The position numbers were made by a program, and so were the translations under genes. Below the pieces are notes generated by a model, which was not told where the DNA came from, searched no databases, and saw nothing but the letters and a program-made list of their open reading frames with translations. Shown one piece after another: positions 40,560 to 50,569 of a DNA stretch of 64,000 nucleotides. Positions within the stretch are counted from its first letter, which is position 1. Every line of letters begins with the position of its first letter. Where the stretch lies: contig OY843592.1 of assembly GCA_963692865.2 (NCBI GenBank), positions 2,176,001-2,240,000 on the forward strand, in the 5' to 3' direction. This stretch comes from a bacterium. GTDB taxonomy: Bacteria; UBA8248.

Positions 40560-41488
40560 TCGACGAACACCGGCCGGGGCGTGATGAGGAGTTCGGGTAT
40601 CCGGGCGTGGTGGGTGTTCTTCATGAGCACCCGAACGGCGTGAAGGGCGTGTTTGCGGACGAGGCGCTCGATCTCGGGCGCGCCGTCGTAAGTCATCAGA
40701 AACTCCGCGCCGCTGTCGGCGAGCATTTCGAACAACCGCGGATGATCCATCTCGTTATGTGCGTAAAGGCGTTTGCCCGCCCGCTTGCCGCCCGCAGTGT
40801 AGGGCGGATCGGCGAAGACGACCAGTTCGTGAATACGGTCCCTCAACAAATCCTCCAGCCATTTCACCCCGTCGGTTTCTGAAAACTCGATGCGATCCGC
40901 ATGATTCGTGATCTCGCGCAGACGCTTGGTGATCGTTTCGGGATACCAGCGAGACGCGACGCCTTTTCCGTTCTCTCCCGCGCGGCTGAGCGACGCGCCG
41001 GGAGCGAGAATGCCGCCTCGGCGCGTCCGGTTCAGCACGAGGGTGCGGAAGCCGCGCTCGACCAAATCTTCCGGGGTTTGACGCGCCAGCGCGTTCACGG
41101 CCTCCCGCGTCGGCTCGAAACGCGCAATCCGCTCGCAGAGCTCGGGGCCGCAGCGAAGCGCCGCCTTCCAGAAAGCCGCCACGTCGCTGTCCAACTCGGC
41201 CATGAGGCATCGCTCGGCCAGTCCTTCCATCACGGCCGTCAGCGATACGATACCGCCGCCGGCGAAGGGTTCGACGAGAATTTTGGGAGCCAGATTGAGA
41301 CTTCGGAGCCAAACGCGGATATGGGGAATCAGCCACGTCTTGCCGCCGGGATACCTAAGAGGACTGCGCTGTGGCACCGAGGCGACGTTCACCGCCGGAA
41401 TCGGCGAAAGGGGGAACGCATTTTCCCCGGCGCGCATGGATGGAGCGAATATCTCTTCCTGCCGCCCCGCCGCCGTTTCCACTTCCAT
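40556..41488 (-). CDS. Dam-type (D12 class) DNA amino-methyltransferase
   Basis: SPLRYPGGK, EPFAGGG, LNR, DPPY. Confidence 0.88.
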   Translation of the reverse strand: MEVETAAGRQEEIFAPSMRAGENAFPLSPIPAVNVASVPQRSPLRYPGGKTWLIPHIRVWLRSLNLAPKILVEPFAGGGIVSLTAVMEGLAERCLMAELDSDVAAFWKAALRCGPELCERIARFEPTREAVNALARQTPEDLVERGFRTLVLNRTRRGGILAPGASLSRAGENGKGVASRWYPETITKRLREITNHADRIEFSETDGVKWLEDLLRDRIHELVVFADPPYTAGGKRAGKRLYAHNEMDHPRLFEMLADSGAEFLMTYDGAPEIERLVRKHALHAVRVLMKNTHHARIPELLITPRPVFVD

Positions 41489-41548
41489 TGCATTCCTCAA
41501 ACCGGCCTCGCAATCGCGCTTTCGTCGGTAAACCGGGCGGCGCCCCGC

Positions 41549-41580
41549 ATTATGCGCCACCCACAGAACCCCGTCAAAAC
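41549..41580 (-). promoter_or_regulatory. Sigma70-type promoter TTGACG-N17-CATAAT, copy 2
   Basis: Upstream of the MTase; near-identical to 39477-39508. Confidence 0.75.
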
Positions 41581-41599
41581 CACCCTTTCACGCGCCCCC

Positions 41600-42712
41600 T
41601 CAACCCCCCAACCCGTAAAGCTCCGCTGCGTTGTCGCGCATGATGCGCGCGCGCAGGTCGGGGGCGATGCGGCTCGGCAGGGCGTGGACGGGGGAGTCGA
41701 AATCCCAGTGGGGGTAGTCGGTGGCGAAGAGCAGGATTTTATCGGCGCGGACCATCTCGAATATCTGGAGCAGGTGTTCGTCCTTATCCGGCTCCTCGAT
41801 GGGCTGGCTCGTCACCCGGAAGTGCTCGTAGAAGTATTCGCTCGGCAGCTTCCTGAGCCAGGGCACCTCGGCGCGCATGCCCCGGTAGTTCTTGTCCAGA
41901 CGCCAGAGCAGCCCCGGAATCCAGGAGAGGCCGCCCTCGATGAGCACGACCCTGAGCTTCGGGAACAGCTCGAACACGCCCTCGCAGATGAAGCTCACGA
42001 CGTGGGTCATGAAGGCCTGGCTCATCGCCGTGTGCCACTCGATGTAGTAGGTGGGCCAGCCCGAAGCCGTGGGCGGCGGCGCGTTGCCCGCGCCCGTACC
42101 GCCGAAATGGATGCCTATGGGGAGTCCGCGCTCTTCCGCCGCCGCGTAGATGGGGTGATACCGCCTCTGGCCGTAGGGGGCGTGCGAGCCCGCCGGGAAG
42201 AGCACCTGCGCCATGTCGGCCCGCCCGCCGACGCGCTTTATCTCGTCCACCGCGTGCTGCGGGTCCTGGTGCGAGACGGTGATGGCGCCTCGCAGGCGCT
42301 CGTCTTTTTCGAGCCAGTGCTCGATCGTCCAGTCGTTGTGCGCGCGCGCCATGGCCGCGCCGAACTCGGGCGTTCCCATGAAGGAGACGTTGTAGTACGC
42401 GCCGTTCAGCACCCCGTAGCTCACCCCGTAGGCGTCCAGCACCTGCTCCTGAAGCATGGCGAGGCTCGAACCCGCCGGGCCGTCCGGCGGTATGGCGTCC
42501 TTGCGCACGCCGCCGCCCGCCGTCTTGGGGTAGGGGGCGTTCGGGAGTTTCGTATAGTCGGTTTCCTCTATGTAGTTTCGCCACACGATAGGAAGATAAG
42601 GCAGCAGGGTGTCCAGGGACGGGGGTACGTGGTGGATGTCCGCGTCCACCATGCCAATGCTGGATTCTGAGACCGGCAGGGGCGTTTTCGCGGCTTGCGG
42701 CGTCGTGCTCAT
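41600..42712 (-). CDS. Amidohydrolase_2 family protein
   Basis: [23 protein letters not shown]. Confidence 0.9.
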   Translation of the reverse strand: MSTTPQAAKTPLPVSESSIGMVDADIHHVPPSLDTLLPYLPIVWRNYIEETDYTKLPNAPYPKTAGGGVRKDAIPPDGPAGSSLAMLQEQVLDAYGVSYGVLNGAYYNVSFMGTPEFGAAMARAHNDWTIEHWLEKDERLRGAITVSHQDPQHAVDEIKRVGGRADMAQVLFPAGSHAPYGQRRYHPIYAAAEERGLPIGIHFGGTGAGNAPPPTASGWPTYYIEWHTAMSQAFMTHVVSFICEGVFELFPKLRVVLIEGGLSWIPGLLWRLDKNYRGMRAEVPWLRKLPSEYFYEHFRVTSQPIEEPDKDEHLLQIFEMVRADKILLFATDYPHWDFDSPVHALPSRIAPDLRARIMRDNAAELYGLGG

Positions 42713-42759
42713 CGTGGCTCCTCCCTGAGAATTATCGGCATATTAGCACGGAAGCGTAC

Positions 42760-43410
42760 GAGGCGGATGTTCGGGAATGATATGCGTGACCCGGGGGAGG
42801 GGTTCCGGGCCTTGGATTCGAAAGGGAATTGATCCAACCTGCTTGAAAGTGTTTACGGTTTTGTAGGGGTCGCATATATGCGACCCGGCCTTTTTCGCCG
42901 CACGTTACGGGCCGCATATATGCGGCCCCTACAAATGAAAGCTCGGCGGCAAGACTTGCAGCAAAAGATTCACTCCCCCCTTGAGGGGGTTGTTGAAAAA
43001 CCCTGTTCCGGGGTCGGGCGGACACACAGGTCCCCGGACAGGCTCCTGCGCCTGTCCGGCTACGCGAGACACAATGGTTCTGTAGGGGAGGACCTGTGTG
43101 TCCGCCCTCGCCTGTCGTTCTGGTCGTGAGCCTGACGTAGGGGTCGCATATCATGCGACCCGCATATCGAACGGGGAGGGCCGCATAATATGCGGCCCCT
43201 ACGGTGAGATCCCGACCGGCCCGCAAGGGCTTTTTCAACAGCCCCTTGAGGGTCGGGTTCCCCGAGGGGGAAGCCCGACCCTCAAGGGGGGAGTGGTTGG
43301 TTGGCGTTCTGCAAGGGCGAGAGATGTCAACTCCCTCCCCGCTTGGCTCTATACGCCGAATCACGAAATCATAACTTTTTCAACAAGCCCCTCAAAGGGG
43401 GAGTGAATTT
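42760..43410. repeat. Composite repeat cluster; TIR MITE 42986-43245 flanked by duplicated TTGAG
   Basis: 42976-43202 matches 60188-60414 with one mismatch. Confidence 0.88.
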
Positions 43411-43482
43411 CCTCTTTCGTTGATTGCGCCTTATCCATTCAGAAGAAGCCGTCGATTCAGATGTATCGTTCCCGAATGTTCC

Positions 43483-44229
43483 CTAGACGAGCAGCAGCCG
43501 TATCGAGCCGCCCAGGGCGATGCTCAGCACGCAGAGGTTGAACGTGCGCCCGCTCAGCCGCTCCTGCACCCACGCGCCGGCCTTGATGCCGAGCCAGAGC
43601 ACGGGCAGGCCGACCACGGTCGCCCAGATGGTGTCCCAGGTGACGACCGATACCTGCCAGAAGGCGACCACCTTGATGGGGTTCATCACCGCGTAGAGCG
43701 TCCATATCGTGCTCACCAGGGTGAGTTTCTCCAGTCTCTGGCTGATCAGGACGGGGGTCAGGAAGATCGCCCCGCTGTTGGCGAGCGCGGAACAAAGCCC
43801 GCTCATGACGCCGAAGCCCCCGCCCTGCCACGCGGGCATGGGAGGTATCTCGAAGGGCCTGCCCCTGATTTCCACGAGCGCCTGGTAGGAGGCGAGCGAG
43901 AAGCAGATGGCGCCGATCAGGATTTTCAGCCCCGCGCCCGGCAGCCAGGTGAGGAGCCACACGCCGCCAGCCAGCCCGACCACGATGCCGGGCGCCAGGA
44001 TGAGCACGTAGCGCAGGTTCCACTTTCCCCAGAAATCGGGCGCCGACCCCAGGCCCGACCAGCAGCTGAACATCGCGATGAGGCCGAGCGAGAAGGTGGG
44101 CGAGAACGCGAAGATGAGAAACGGCGTGATCACCAGGCCCACGCCCGCCCCGAAGGTGCGCACCAGAAAACCGTTGCAAAACGCCGCCGCGAGAACGAAG
44201 CCCCACTCGATGAGCGTGAAATCCGGCAT
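43483..44229 (-). CDS. TauE/SafE (TSUP) family exporter
   Basis: FG.G.G...P motif, about 8 TM helices. Confidence 0.8.
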   Translation of the reverse strand: MPDFTLIEWGFVLAAAFCNGFLVRTFGAGVGLVITPFLIFAFSPTFSLGLIAMFSCWSGLGSAPDFWGKWNLRYVLILAPGIVVGLAGGVWLLTWLPGAGLKILIGAICFSLASYQALVEIRGRPFEIPPMPAWQGGGFGVMSGLCSALANSGAIFLTPVLISQRLEKLTLVSTIWTLYAVMNPIKVVAFWQVSVVTWDTIWATVVGLPVLWLGIKAGAWVQERLSGRTFNLCVLSIALGGSIRLLLV

Positions 44230-44231
44230 CG

Positions 44232-44978
44232 TCAGCCCGTCTCGAGCAGAAGGCGCAGGGCGGTTACGAGGGAGAGCAGCAGGAGGATGAAGGTGAATCC
44301 CTTCTGGGGGATTTTAAGCAGCGTCCGCCTGCCGCACCAGCTTCCGGCCCATGCGAGGGGGAAGGCGAGAGCGCCCGCCACGAGCATGGGCGTCTGAACG
44401 ATGTCGCCATACCACAGCGTGGCGACCTTGAACGGGTTCACGCAGAACCATACGACGATGATGCTCGCCACTATAGCCGTTTTCGACATGCCCTGGCTGA
44501 CGAAGAACAGGCTCAACACGAGGCCGCCCGAGTGGAACATGGCGCTGATGATTCCGCCGCCTATCCCGATTCCCACGCCCGCCTGGGGAGAGACGGGCGG
44601 CGGCTTGATCTCTCCCTGGAACTGACGCCAGATGAACAGCCCGGCGAAGAAGACGCAGGTCAGCCCGATGCCCTTTCTCAGCCAGTAGTCGGGCAGGTGC
44701 ACCAGCGCGTAGACGCCCAGGAGGATGCCGATGTAGAAGCCGGGCACCAGGTAGCGGAGAAAGCGGGTCTCCCACTGCTTCCAGAACATGGGGATGGCGA
44801 AGAAGTCCGTCACCCACATGAGGACGGCGATGATGCCGATGATGAACCGCGTGGGCCAGAACATGATCAGGACCGGAACGAGAAAGATGCCGATCCCGGA
44901 ACTGAATGTGGTTTTCAGAAAGCCGACGAAAAAAGCGGCGATCCCGAACGCCAGCAACTCATGAGTCGAGTAGTCCAA
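44232..44978 (-). CDS. TauE/SafE (TSUP) family exporter
   Basis: GFLKT..SGIG...VP, HSGG, NPFK. Confidence 0.8.
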   Translation of the reverse strand: MDYSTHELLAFGIAAFFVGFLKTTFSSGIGIFLVPVLIMFWPTRFIIGIIAVLMWVTDFFAIPMFWKQWETRFLRYLVPGFYIGILLGVYALVHLPDYWLRKGIGLTCVFFAGLFIWRQFQGEIKPPPVSPQAGVGIGIGGGIISAMFHSGGLVLSLFFVSQGMSKTAIVASIIVVWFCVNPFKVATLWYGDIVQTPMLVAGALAFPLAWAGSWCGRRTLLKIPQKGFTFILLLLSLVTALRLLLETG

Positions 44979-45054
44979 AGTATCCCCTGCTTGCCTGTGC
45001 CGTAACGAAGCGCCAGCTTAGCGATTCGGGGGGCCTGGAACAAGGGCGGGGCGG

Positions 45055-45560
45055 TTTCGCGTGGTTGTTGAAAAAGTCGGAGAGGGGAAATTTGTGTGTA
45101 GGGGTCGCATACTATGCGACCCTCCCCGTCAGGGACATCCGGGCCGCATAGTATGCGGCCCCTACAATCGAGATTACACACCGTCATTCCGGCGGATGCC
45201 GGAATCCAGGGACTTTGCCTTTTCGACTTTGCTCTTCGCCTTTTCCCACCCAGTGGTGAGAACATGAAATACCGGATCGCCTTGATCCTCATCGGCTCTG
45301 GATTCCGGCAGGCGCCGGAATGACGGCAGTGGATCGAGCACCAGCCATGAGAGAGAGTTGCAGTGTGGCCCCAAATGTCAGACGTGTTCCACCATTGCAA
45401 ATTCGGGGTGTAGGTCGGACATATATGGCCGACATATTATGCGGCCCACATTGTGAAGGCGAAAAAGCAGGGCCGCATATATGCGGCCCCTACACACTTT
45501 CATGCAAGGCGGTATTCCGTCGCCGTCATACCGGCATTGCAGGTTTTTCCACAACCCCGC
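45055..45560. repeat. TIR MITE containing GTAG and CGTC hairpins
   Basis: GGTTGTTGAAAAA...TTTTTCCACAACCCC; CGTCATTCCGGCG...CGCCGGAATGACG. Confidence 0.85.
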
Positions 45561-45570
45561 GCGCCGGCGC

Positions 45571-45828
45571 CTAATAGGTGGTGACGCCGCCTTCGATTCC
45601 GAACAACTTGGGGAGCAGGCCGTGGAAGTAGTAGACGTCGAGCAGCGCCAGGCCGAAGAACAGCGCGATGAAGATGAGGATCAGGCCCGCGACGAAGCAC
45701 GGTATCTGGGCGATGGCTTTGAAGACGCCCGCGATCCCGCCTTTTTTGAGCGGATAGCCGCAGTGGGGGCACGAGGCGGCTTCGGTGCTCAAAAGCCCCC
45801 CGCATTCGAGGCAGTTCAGGAGCGACAT
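45571..45828 (-). CDS. Zinc-ribbon membrane protein
   Basis: CLECG...CPHCG plus a TM helix; coupled to the acyl-CoA ligase gene. Confidence 0.7.
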   Translation of the reverse strand: MSLLNCLECGGLLSTEAASCPHCGYPLKKGGIAGVFKAIAQIPCFVAGLILIFIALFFGLALLDVYYFHGLLPKLFGIEGGVTTY

Positions 45829-45829
45829 C

Positions 45830-47770
45830 TCATCGCGCCTCTTTTATCGCGTGGAGGAATTCGGGGATTTCGATGGATGACGTGTCGATGCTCGCGGGGT
45901 CCTCGCCCATGTAGACTTTCTTGATGGCGGCGCGCACGATCTTGGCCGAGCGCGTCTTGGGCAGCGCCTCGACGAACTTGACCTCATCGGGGCGCAGGCT
46001 CTTTCCGAGATATTTGACGGTCTCTTCCTTGAGGTCCTCGCGGAGCGCGTCGCTCGGCTCTTGGCCCCCGACCAGCACAACGAAACAGGTGAGGCCTTCT
46101 CCCTTGATGGGATGCGGCGCGCCGATGACGGCGGCCTCCACCACGGCGGGGTGTCTGATGAGGGCGGCCTCCACCTCGGCGGGTCCCACGCGCTTGCCCG
46201 CGACGTTGATGGTGTCGTCAGACCGCCCGAAGAGATACCACTGCCCGTCCGCATCCAGGCGCGCCCAGTCGCCGTGGTACCAGACGTCCGGCCAGCGCGA
46301 GAAATAGGTCTCGAGGAAGCGCGCGCCGTCTTTCAGGAACCCCTTGGTCATCGAGGGGACGGGCTGCTTGAGCACGAGGTGGCCGATCTCCCCGCGGACG
46401 GGCCGGCCCTCCTCATCGAACACGTCGGCGTCAGAACCCAGCGCCGGGCCGCCGAGCGAGCACGGCGTGAGCGGAACGATGGGGTAGGGCTGGAGGATGC
46501 AGCCGCAAAGCTCGGTGCCGCCCGATATGTTCATGACGGGGCAGCGCCCGCCGCCCACTTTTTCGAAGTACCACATGTAGGATTCCGGGTCCCAGGGCTC
46601 GCCCGTCGAACCCAGTACGCGCAAGGATGAGAGGTCGTGTTTTTCCACCCATTCGTCGCCCTGGCTGATCAAGAGCCGCACGGCGGTGGGCGAGACGCCG
46701 AAGATGGAGACCTCGTGATCGCTCGCGAGCTTCCAGAGCCTGTCCGGCTCGGGCCAGTTGGGCGCGCCCTCGTATATGAGATACGTGCCGCCCCCGAACT
46801 GAACGCCAATCATCTTCCAGGGGCCCATCATCCAGCCGATGTCCGTCACCCAGAAGAGAACGTCCGAATCGCGCAGATCCATGCAGTAGCGGATCTCCTT
46901 GGCCACGTTGAGCATGCAGCCCGCGTGGGTGTGCACCGAGCCTTTCGGCTTTCCCGTCGTGCCCGAGGTGTAGATGATGAGGGAGAGGGCCTCGGCGGGC
47001 AGGCGCTCGGTTTCGGCTTCTTCGGGATGTCCCTCGATGAAATCGTCCCAGTCGACGTCGCGCCCGGCCTGCATGGGAACTTCAGTTTCCGTTCTTCTGA
47101 AGACCACGACTTTCTCGACCCGGGTTCCGAGTTCCAGGGCCTTGTCCATCAGGGCCTTCACGCCCACTTCCTTGCCCCGGCGCATCCCGCCGTTCGACGT
47201 GAAGACGAGCCGGGCTTCCGCGTGCTCCAGTCGCTCGGCGACGGCCTCGGGGCCGAAGCCCGAGAAGATGGGAATCGCCACGACGCCTATTTTCAGGCAC
47301 GCGAACATGGCGAACACCGTCTCGGGCAGCATGGGCATGAAGATGCCCGCGCTGTCGCCGGGCCGCATCCCCATCCCGCGCATGGCGTTCGCCAGGCGGC
47401 AGACGTGGGCGTTCATCTCGGCGTAGGTGTAGCGGCGCACCTCGCCGCCGTCCCCCTCCCAGATGAGGGCCGTCCTGTCGCGTTTTGAGGTCTCCAGGTG
47501 CCTGTCGATGCAGTTGTGGACGATGTTGAGTTCGCCGCCCAAGAACCACTTCGTCCAGGGCAGGCCGCCCGATGCGTCCATTATCTCGTCATACGGCCTG
47601 TACCAGGAGACGCCCATGTCCTTCTCGACCGCCGACCAGAAGCGGCCCACGTCTTCCCTGAAATAATCGATCAACGCCTCGTAGCTCGTAAGCCCCTGTT
47701 TCTTCATGAAGCGGGCGACGTTCGAGTTTTGGAGAAAATCCTCATTCGGCCGCCAGATGATCTCGGGCAT
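45830..47770 (-). CDS. AMP-forming acyl-CoA synthetase (acetyl-CoA synthetase-like)
   Basis: YTSGTTGKPKG, STGEPWD, GRSDD, PKTRSAK. Confidence 0.92.
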   Translation of the reverse strand: MPEIIWRPNEDFLQNSNVARFMKKQGLTSYEALIDYFREDVGRFWSAVEKDMGVSWYRPYDEIMDASGGLPWTKWFLGGELNIVHNCIDRHLETSKRDRTALIWEGDGGEVRRYTYAEMNAHVCRLANAMRGMGMRPGDSAGIFMPMLPETVFAMFACLKIGVVAIPIFSGFGPEAVAERLEHAEARLVFTSNGGMRRGKEVGVKALMDKALELGTRVEKVVVFRRTETEVPMQAGRDVDWDDFIEGHPEEAETERLPAEALSLIIYTSGTTGKPKGSVHTHAGCMLNVAKEIRYCMDLRDSDVLFWVTDIGWMMGPWKMIGVQFGGGTYLIYEGAPNWPEPDRLWKLASDHEVSIFGVSPTAVRLLISQGDEWVEKHDLSSLRVLGSTGEPWDPESYMWYFEKVGGGRCPVMNISGGTELCGCILQPYPIVPLTPCSLGGPALGSDADVFDEEGRPVRGEIGHLVLKQPVPSMTKGFLKDGARFLETYFSRWPDVWYHGDWARLDADGQWYLFGRSDDTINVAGKRVGPAEVEAALIRHPAVVEAAVIGAPHPIKGEGLTCFVVLVGGQEPSDALREDLKEETVKYLGKSLRPDEVKFVEALPKTRSAKIVRAAIKKVYMGEDPASIDTSSIEIPEFLHAIKEAR

Positions 47771-47772
47771 CG

Positions 47773-49719
47773 CTACACCGCTTCCTTGATGGCGTCGAGG
47801 TGCGCGGGGTTTTCGAGGGAGTTCAAGTCCATGTGGTCCACGGGTTCCCCCAGATAGACCTTCTTGATGGCGTTTCTCACGATTTTCGCAGAGCGCGTCT
47901 TGGGCAGGGCTTTCACGAAGCGCACCTCATCGGGCCTCAGGCTCTTGCCGAGATACTCCACCGCCTGGTCTTTCAGCTCCTCGCGCAGCGCGTCGGTAGG
48001 CTCGTAAGAATCGTGCATGACGACGAAGCAGGTGAGGCCCTCTCCCTTGACCGGGTGCGGCGTTCCCACGACGGCCGCCTCGATGACGCCGGGGTGCTTG
48101 ATGAGTTCGGATTCGATCTCGTTCGGCCCCACGCGCTTGCCCGATACCTTGATGGTGTCGTCCGACCGCCCGTAGAGATACCAGAGCCCCTGCTCGTCCA
48201 CCTTGGCCCAGTCGCCGTGGTACCACACGCCCTCCCAGCGCGAGAAATAGGTCTCGAGGTAGCGCTCCGGCTCCTTCCAGAAGCCGTTGGTGAGCGAGGG
48301 GATGGGCTGTTTGAGCACCAGATGGCCCACCTCGCCGCGTATGGGCTTCGCGTCTTCGCCGTACACGTCGGCGTCCGTGCCCATGGCGGGCGCGCCCAGC
48401 GTGCAGGGGCTTAAGTCCATGACGGGCAGGGGTTGTAAGAGGCAGGCGCCTATCTCGGTGCCGCCCGAGATGTTCATGACGGGGCACCGCCCGCCGCCCA
48501 CCTTTTCGAAGTACCACATGTAGGATTCCGGGTCCCACGGCTCGCCCGTGGAGCCCAGCACGCGCAGGGAAGAGAGGTCGTGTTTTTCCACCCATTCATC
48601 GCCCGCGCTGATCAGCACGCGCACCGCCGTGGGCGATAGGCCCAGGTGGGTGACGCCGTTCCTGGAGATAATCTGCCACAGGCGGTCCGGCGTGGGGTGA
48701 TTCGGCACGCTCTCATAGAGCTGACACGAATGGCCGTTGAAGTGAGAACCCACCAGTTCATAAGGCGCCATGACCCAGCCGAAGTCCGTCACCCAGAACA
48801 CCGTGTCGCCGTCGCGCATGTCGAGGCAGTACTTTAACTCGCGCCCGGGGCCGCTCATTAACCCTGCGTGGGTGTAGACGGTGCCCTTGGGCTTGCCGGT
48901 GGTGCCCGAGGTGTACATGATCATCGAGACGGCGTCGGCGGGGAGCCGCTCGGTTTCGGCTTGCGGCGATTGCCCCGCAACGAAATCGTCCCAGGTGACG
49001 TCGCGCCCCTCCTTCATGGGGACCGCATCGCCCGAGCGCGTGAGGACGACCACTTTTTCGACCTTCGTGCCGCGCGCAAGCGCCGCGTCCGCCGTGCCTT
49101 TCAAGGGAACCTTCTTGCCCCGGCGGACGGCGCCGTCCACCGTGAAGAGGATGCGCGCTTCGGCGTGGATGAGCCGCTCGGCCAGACCCTCGGGGCCGAA
49201 GCCCGAGAAGACGGGCAGCACGGCCACGCCGGTCTTGAAGCACGCGTACATGACGATGGCGGCTTCGGGCACCATGGGGAGGAACACGCCCGCCACGTCG
49301 CCGGGCTTCAAGCCCATCGCGCGCATGGCGTTCGCGAGGCGCGATACCTCCGCCGAAAGCTCGGCGTAGGTGAATGCGCGTACCTCGCCCCCGTCGCTCT
49401 CCCAGACGAGCGCGGTCTGGTCCTTGCGGCCGCCTTCCACGTGGCGGTCGATGCAGTTGAGTACCAGGTTCGTCTCGCCTCCGATGAACCACTTCGCCCA
49501 CGGGAAGCCGCCGCTCAAGTCCAGAAGCTCGTCGTAGGGCCTGTACCATTCGAGCCCCATGTCTTCGAGCACGACATCCCAGAAGCGCCGGATGTCCTCG
49601 ACAGACCAGCTTAAGAACTCGCGGTAATCGGTGATGCCGAGCTTTTTCATCAGCTTGGCGATGTGGCTGTTCGTCAGGAAATCCTCGTTCGGCCGCCAAA
49701 TGATGTCAGAAGCGTTCAC
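47773..49719 (-). CDS. AMP-forming acyl-CoA synthetase, tandem paralog
   Basis: YTSGTTGKPKG, STGEPWD, GRSDD, PKTRSAK. Confidence 0.92.
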   Translation of the reverse strand: MNASDIIWRPNEDFLTNSHIAKLMKKLGITDYREFLSWSVEDIRRFWDVVLEDMGLEWYRPYDELLDLSGGFPWAKWFIGGETNLVLNCIDRHVEGGRKDQTALVWESDGGEVRAFTYAELSAEVSRLANAMRAMGLKPGDVAGVFLPMVPEAAIVMYACFKTGVAVLPVFSGFGPEGLAERLIHAEARILFTVDGAVRRGKKVPLKGTADAALARGTKVEKVVVLTRSGDAVPMKEGRDVTWDDFVAGQSPQAETERLPADAVSMIMYTSGTTGKPKGTVYTHAGLMSGPGRELKYCLDMRDGDTVFWVTDFGWVMAPYELVGSHFNGHSCQLYESVPNHPTPDRLWQIISRNGVTHLGLSPTAVRVLISAGDEWVEKHDLSSLRVLGSTGEPWDPESYMWYFEKVGGGRCPVMNISGGTEIGACLLQPLPVMDLSPCTLGAPAMGTDADVYGEDAKPIRGEVGHLVLKQPIPSLTNGFWKEPERYLETYFSRWEGVWYHGDWAKVDEQGLWYLYGRSDDTIKVSGKRVGPNEIESELIKHPGVIEAAVVGTPHPVKGEGLTCFVVMHDSYEPTDALREELKDQAVEYLGKSLRPDEVRFVKALPKTRSAKIVRNAIKKVYLGEPVDHMDLNSLENPAHLDAIKEAV

Positions 49720-49735
49720 TTGCCTTTACCCTCCG

Positions 49736-50551
49736 CTATTTTCTGGCGTTGTCGTTCGTCCATATCTTCATGTCGCCGGAGACGTACTCGTCCACCACGC
49801 CCCACTTGCCGGCCTCGATCTTTCCGGGCGGCTCATGCGCGCCCGCCGCCACGTCTTCGACGAACCGCGCCATCCGCCCGATAATGGAAATATCCTCGCA
49901 CGGGTCGGTATGGCCCGAGCAGACGAATCTGGCGTCGTTATCTTCGGCGATTCGCTGGAGCCTGCGCATCGAGGGGCCGTACTGGGACAGGACGGCCGTC
50001 GGCACCTGGATGAACAGCGGCTGGCCGGGCTTCACCAGATCGCCCGAGATGAGCACGCGCTCTCGCTCGTCATAGAGCGAGATACTGCACGGCGAGTGGC
50101 CCGGCGTGTCGTATACGTGGATTTTCCTGCCGCCCAGGTCGATGACGTCGCTCTCCTGCACCGCCCGGCCGAATTTGCCGGGGGGTATGGTGAAGGTCTC
50201 GGGGTCGAACCCCTCGGGGAAGGGTTTCCCGCTCCACGTCTGCACGAACTCCCGGCAACCGGCGGTGTAATCGTTCGCGAGCTTATCCTCGCCGTTCGGG
50301 TGAACGCCGACGGCATCCCACTCATGGACGGCGCCCACGTGGTCCCAGTGCGTGTGGGTCAGGACGTGCTCCACCGGAAGATCGGTTATCGACTCGCAGA
50401 GCCTGCGCACGCTGCCCACGCCGATTCCGCCGTCGAGCGAGAGGGCCTTCTCCCCGCCCACGAGCAGGAACATGTTCCACCGCCCGGCCTCTGATATCTG
50501 GTAGGTACCCGGCGCGAACTCGATGACCTCATACCAGCCTTGCGTGTCCAT
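49736..50551 (-). CDS. MBL-fold metallo-hydrolase
   Basis: THTHWDH, TPGHS, ISGD, SGH. Confidence 0.9.
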   Translation of the reverse strand: MDTQGWYEVIEFAPGTYQISEAGRWNMFLLVGGEKALSLDGGIGVGSVRRLCESITDLPVEHVLTHTHWDHVGAVHEWDAVGVHPNGEDKLANDYTAGCREFVQTWSGKPFPEGFDPETFTIPPGKFGRAVQESDVIDLGGRKIHVYDTPGHSPCSISLYDERERVLISGDLVKPGQPLFIQVPTAVLSQYGPSMRRLQRIAEDNDARFVCSGHTDPCEDISIIGRMARFVEDVAAGAHEPPGKIEAGKWGVVDEYVSGDMKIWTNDNARK

Positions 50552-50569
50552 GGCGTCTTTTTCCTGGAA

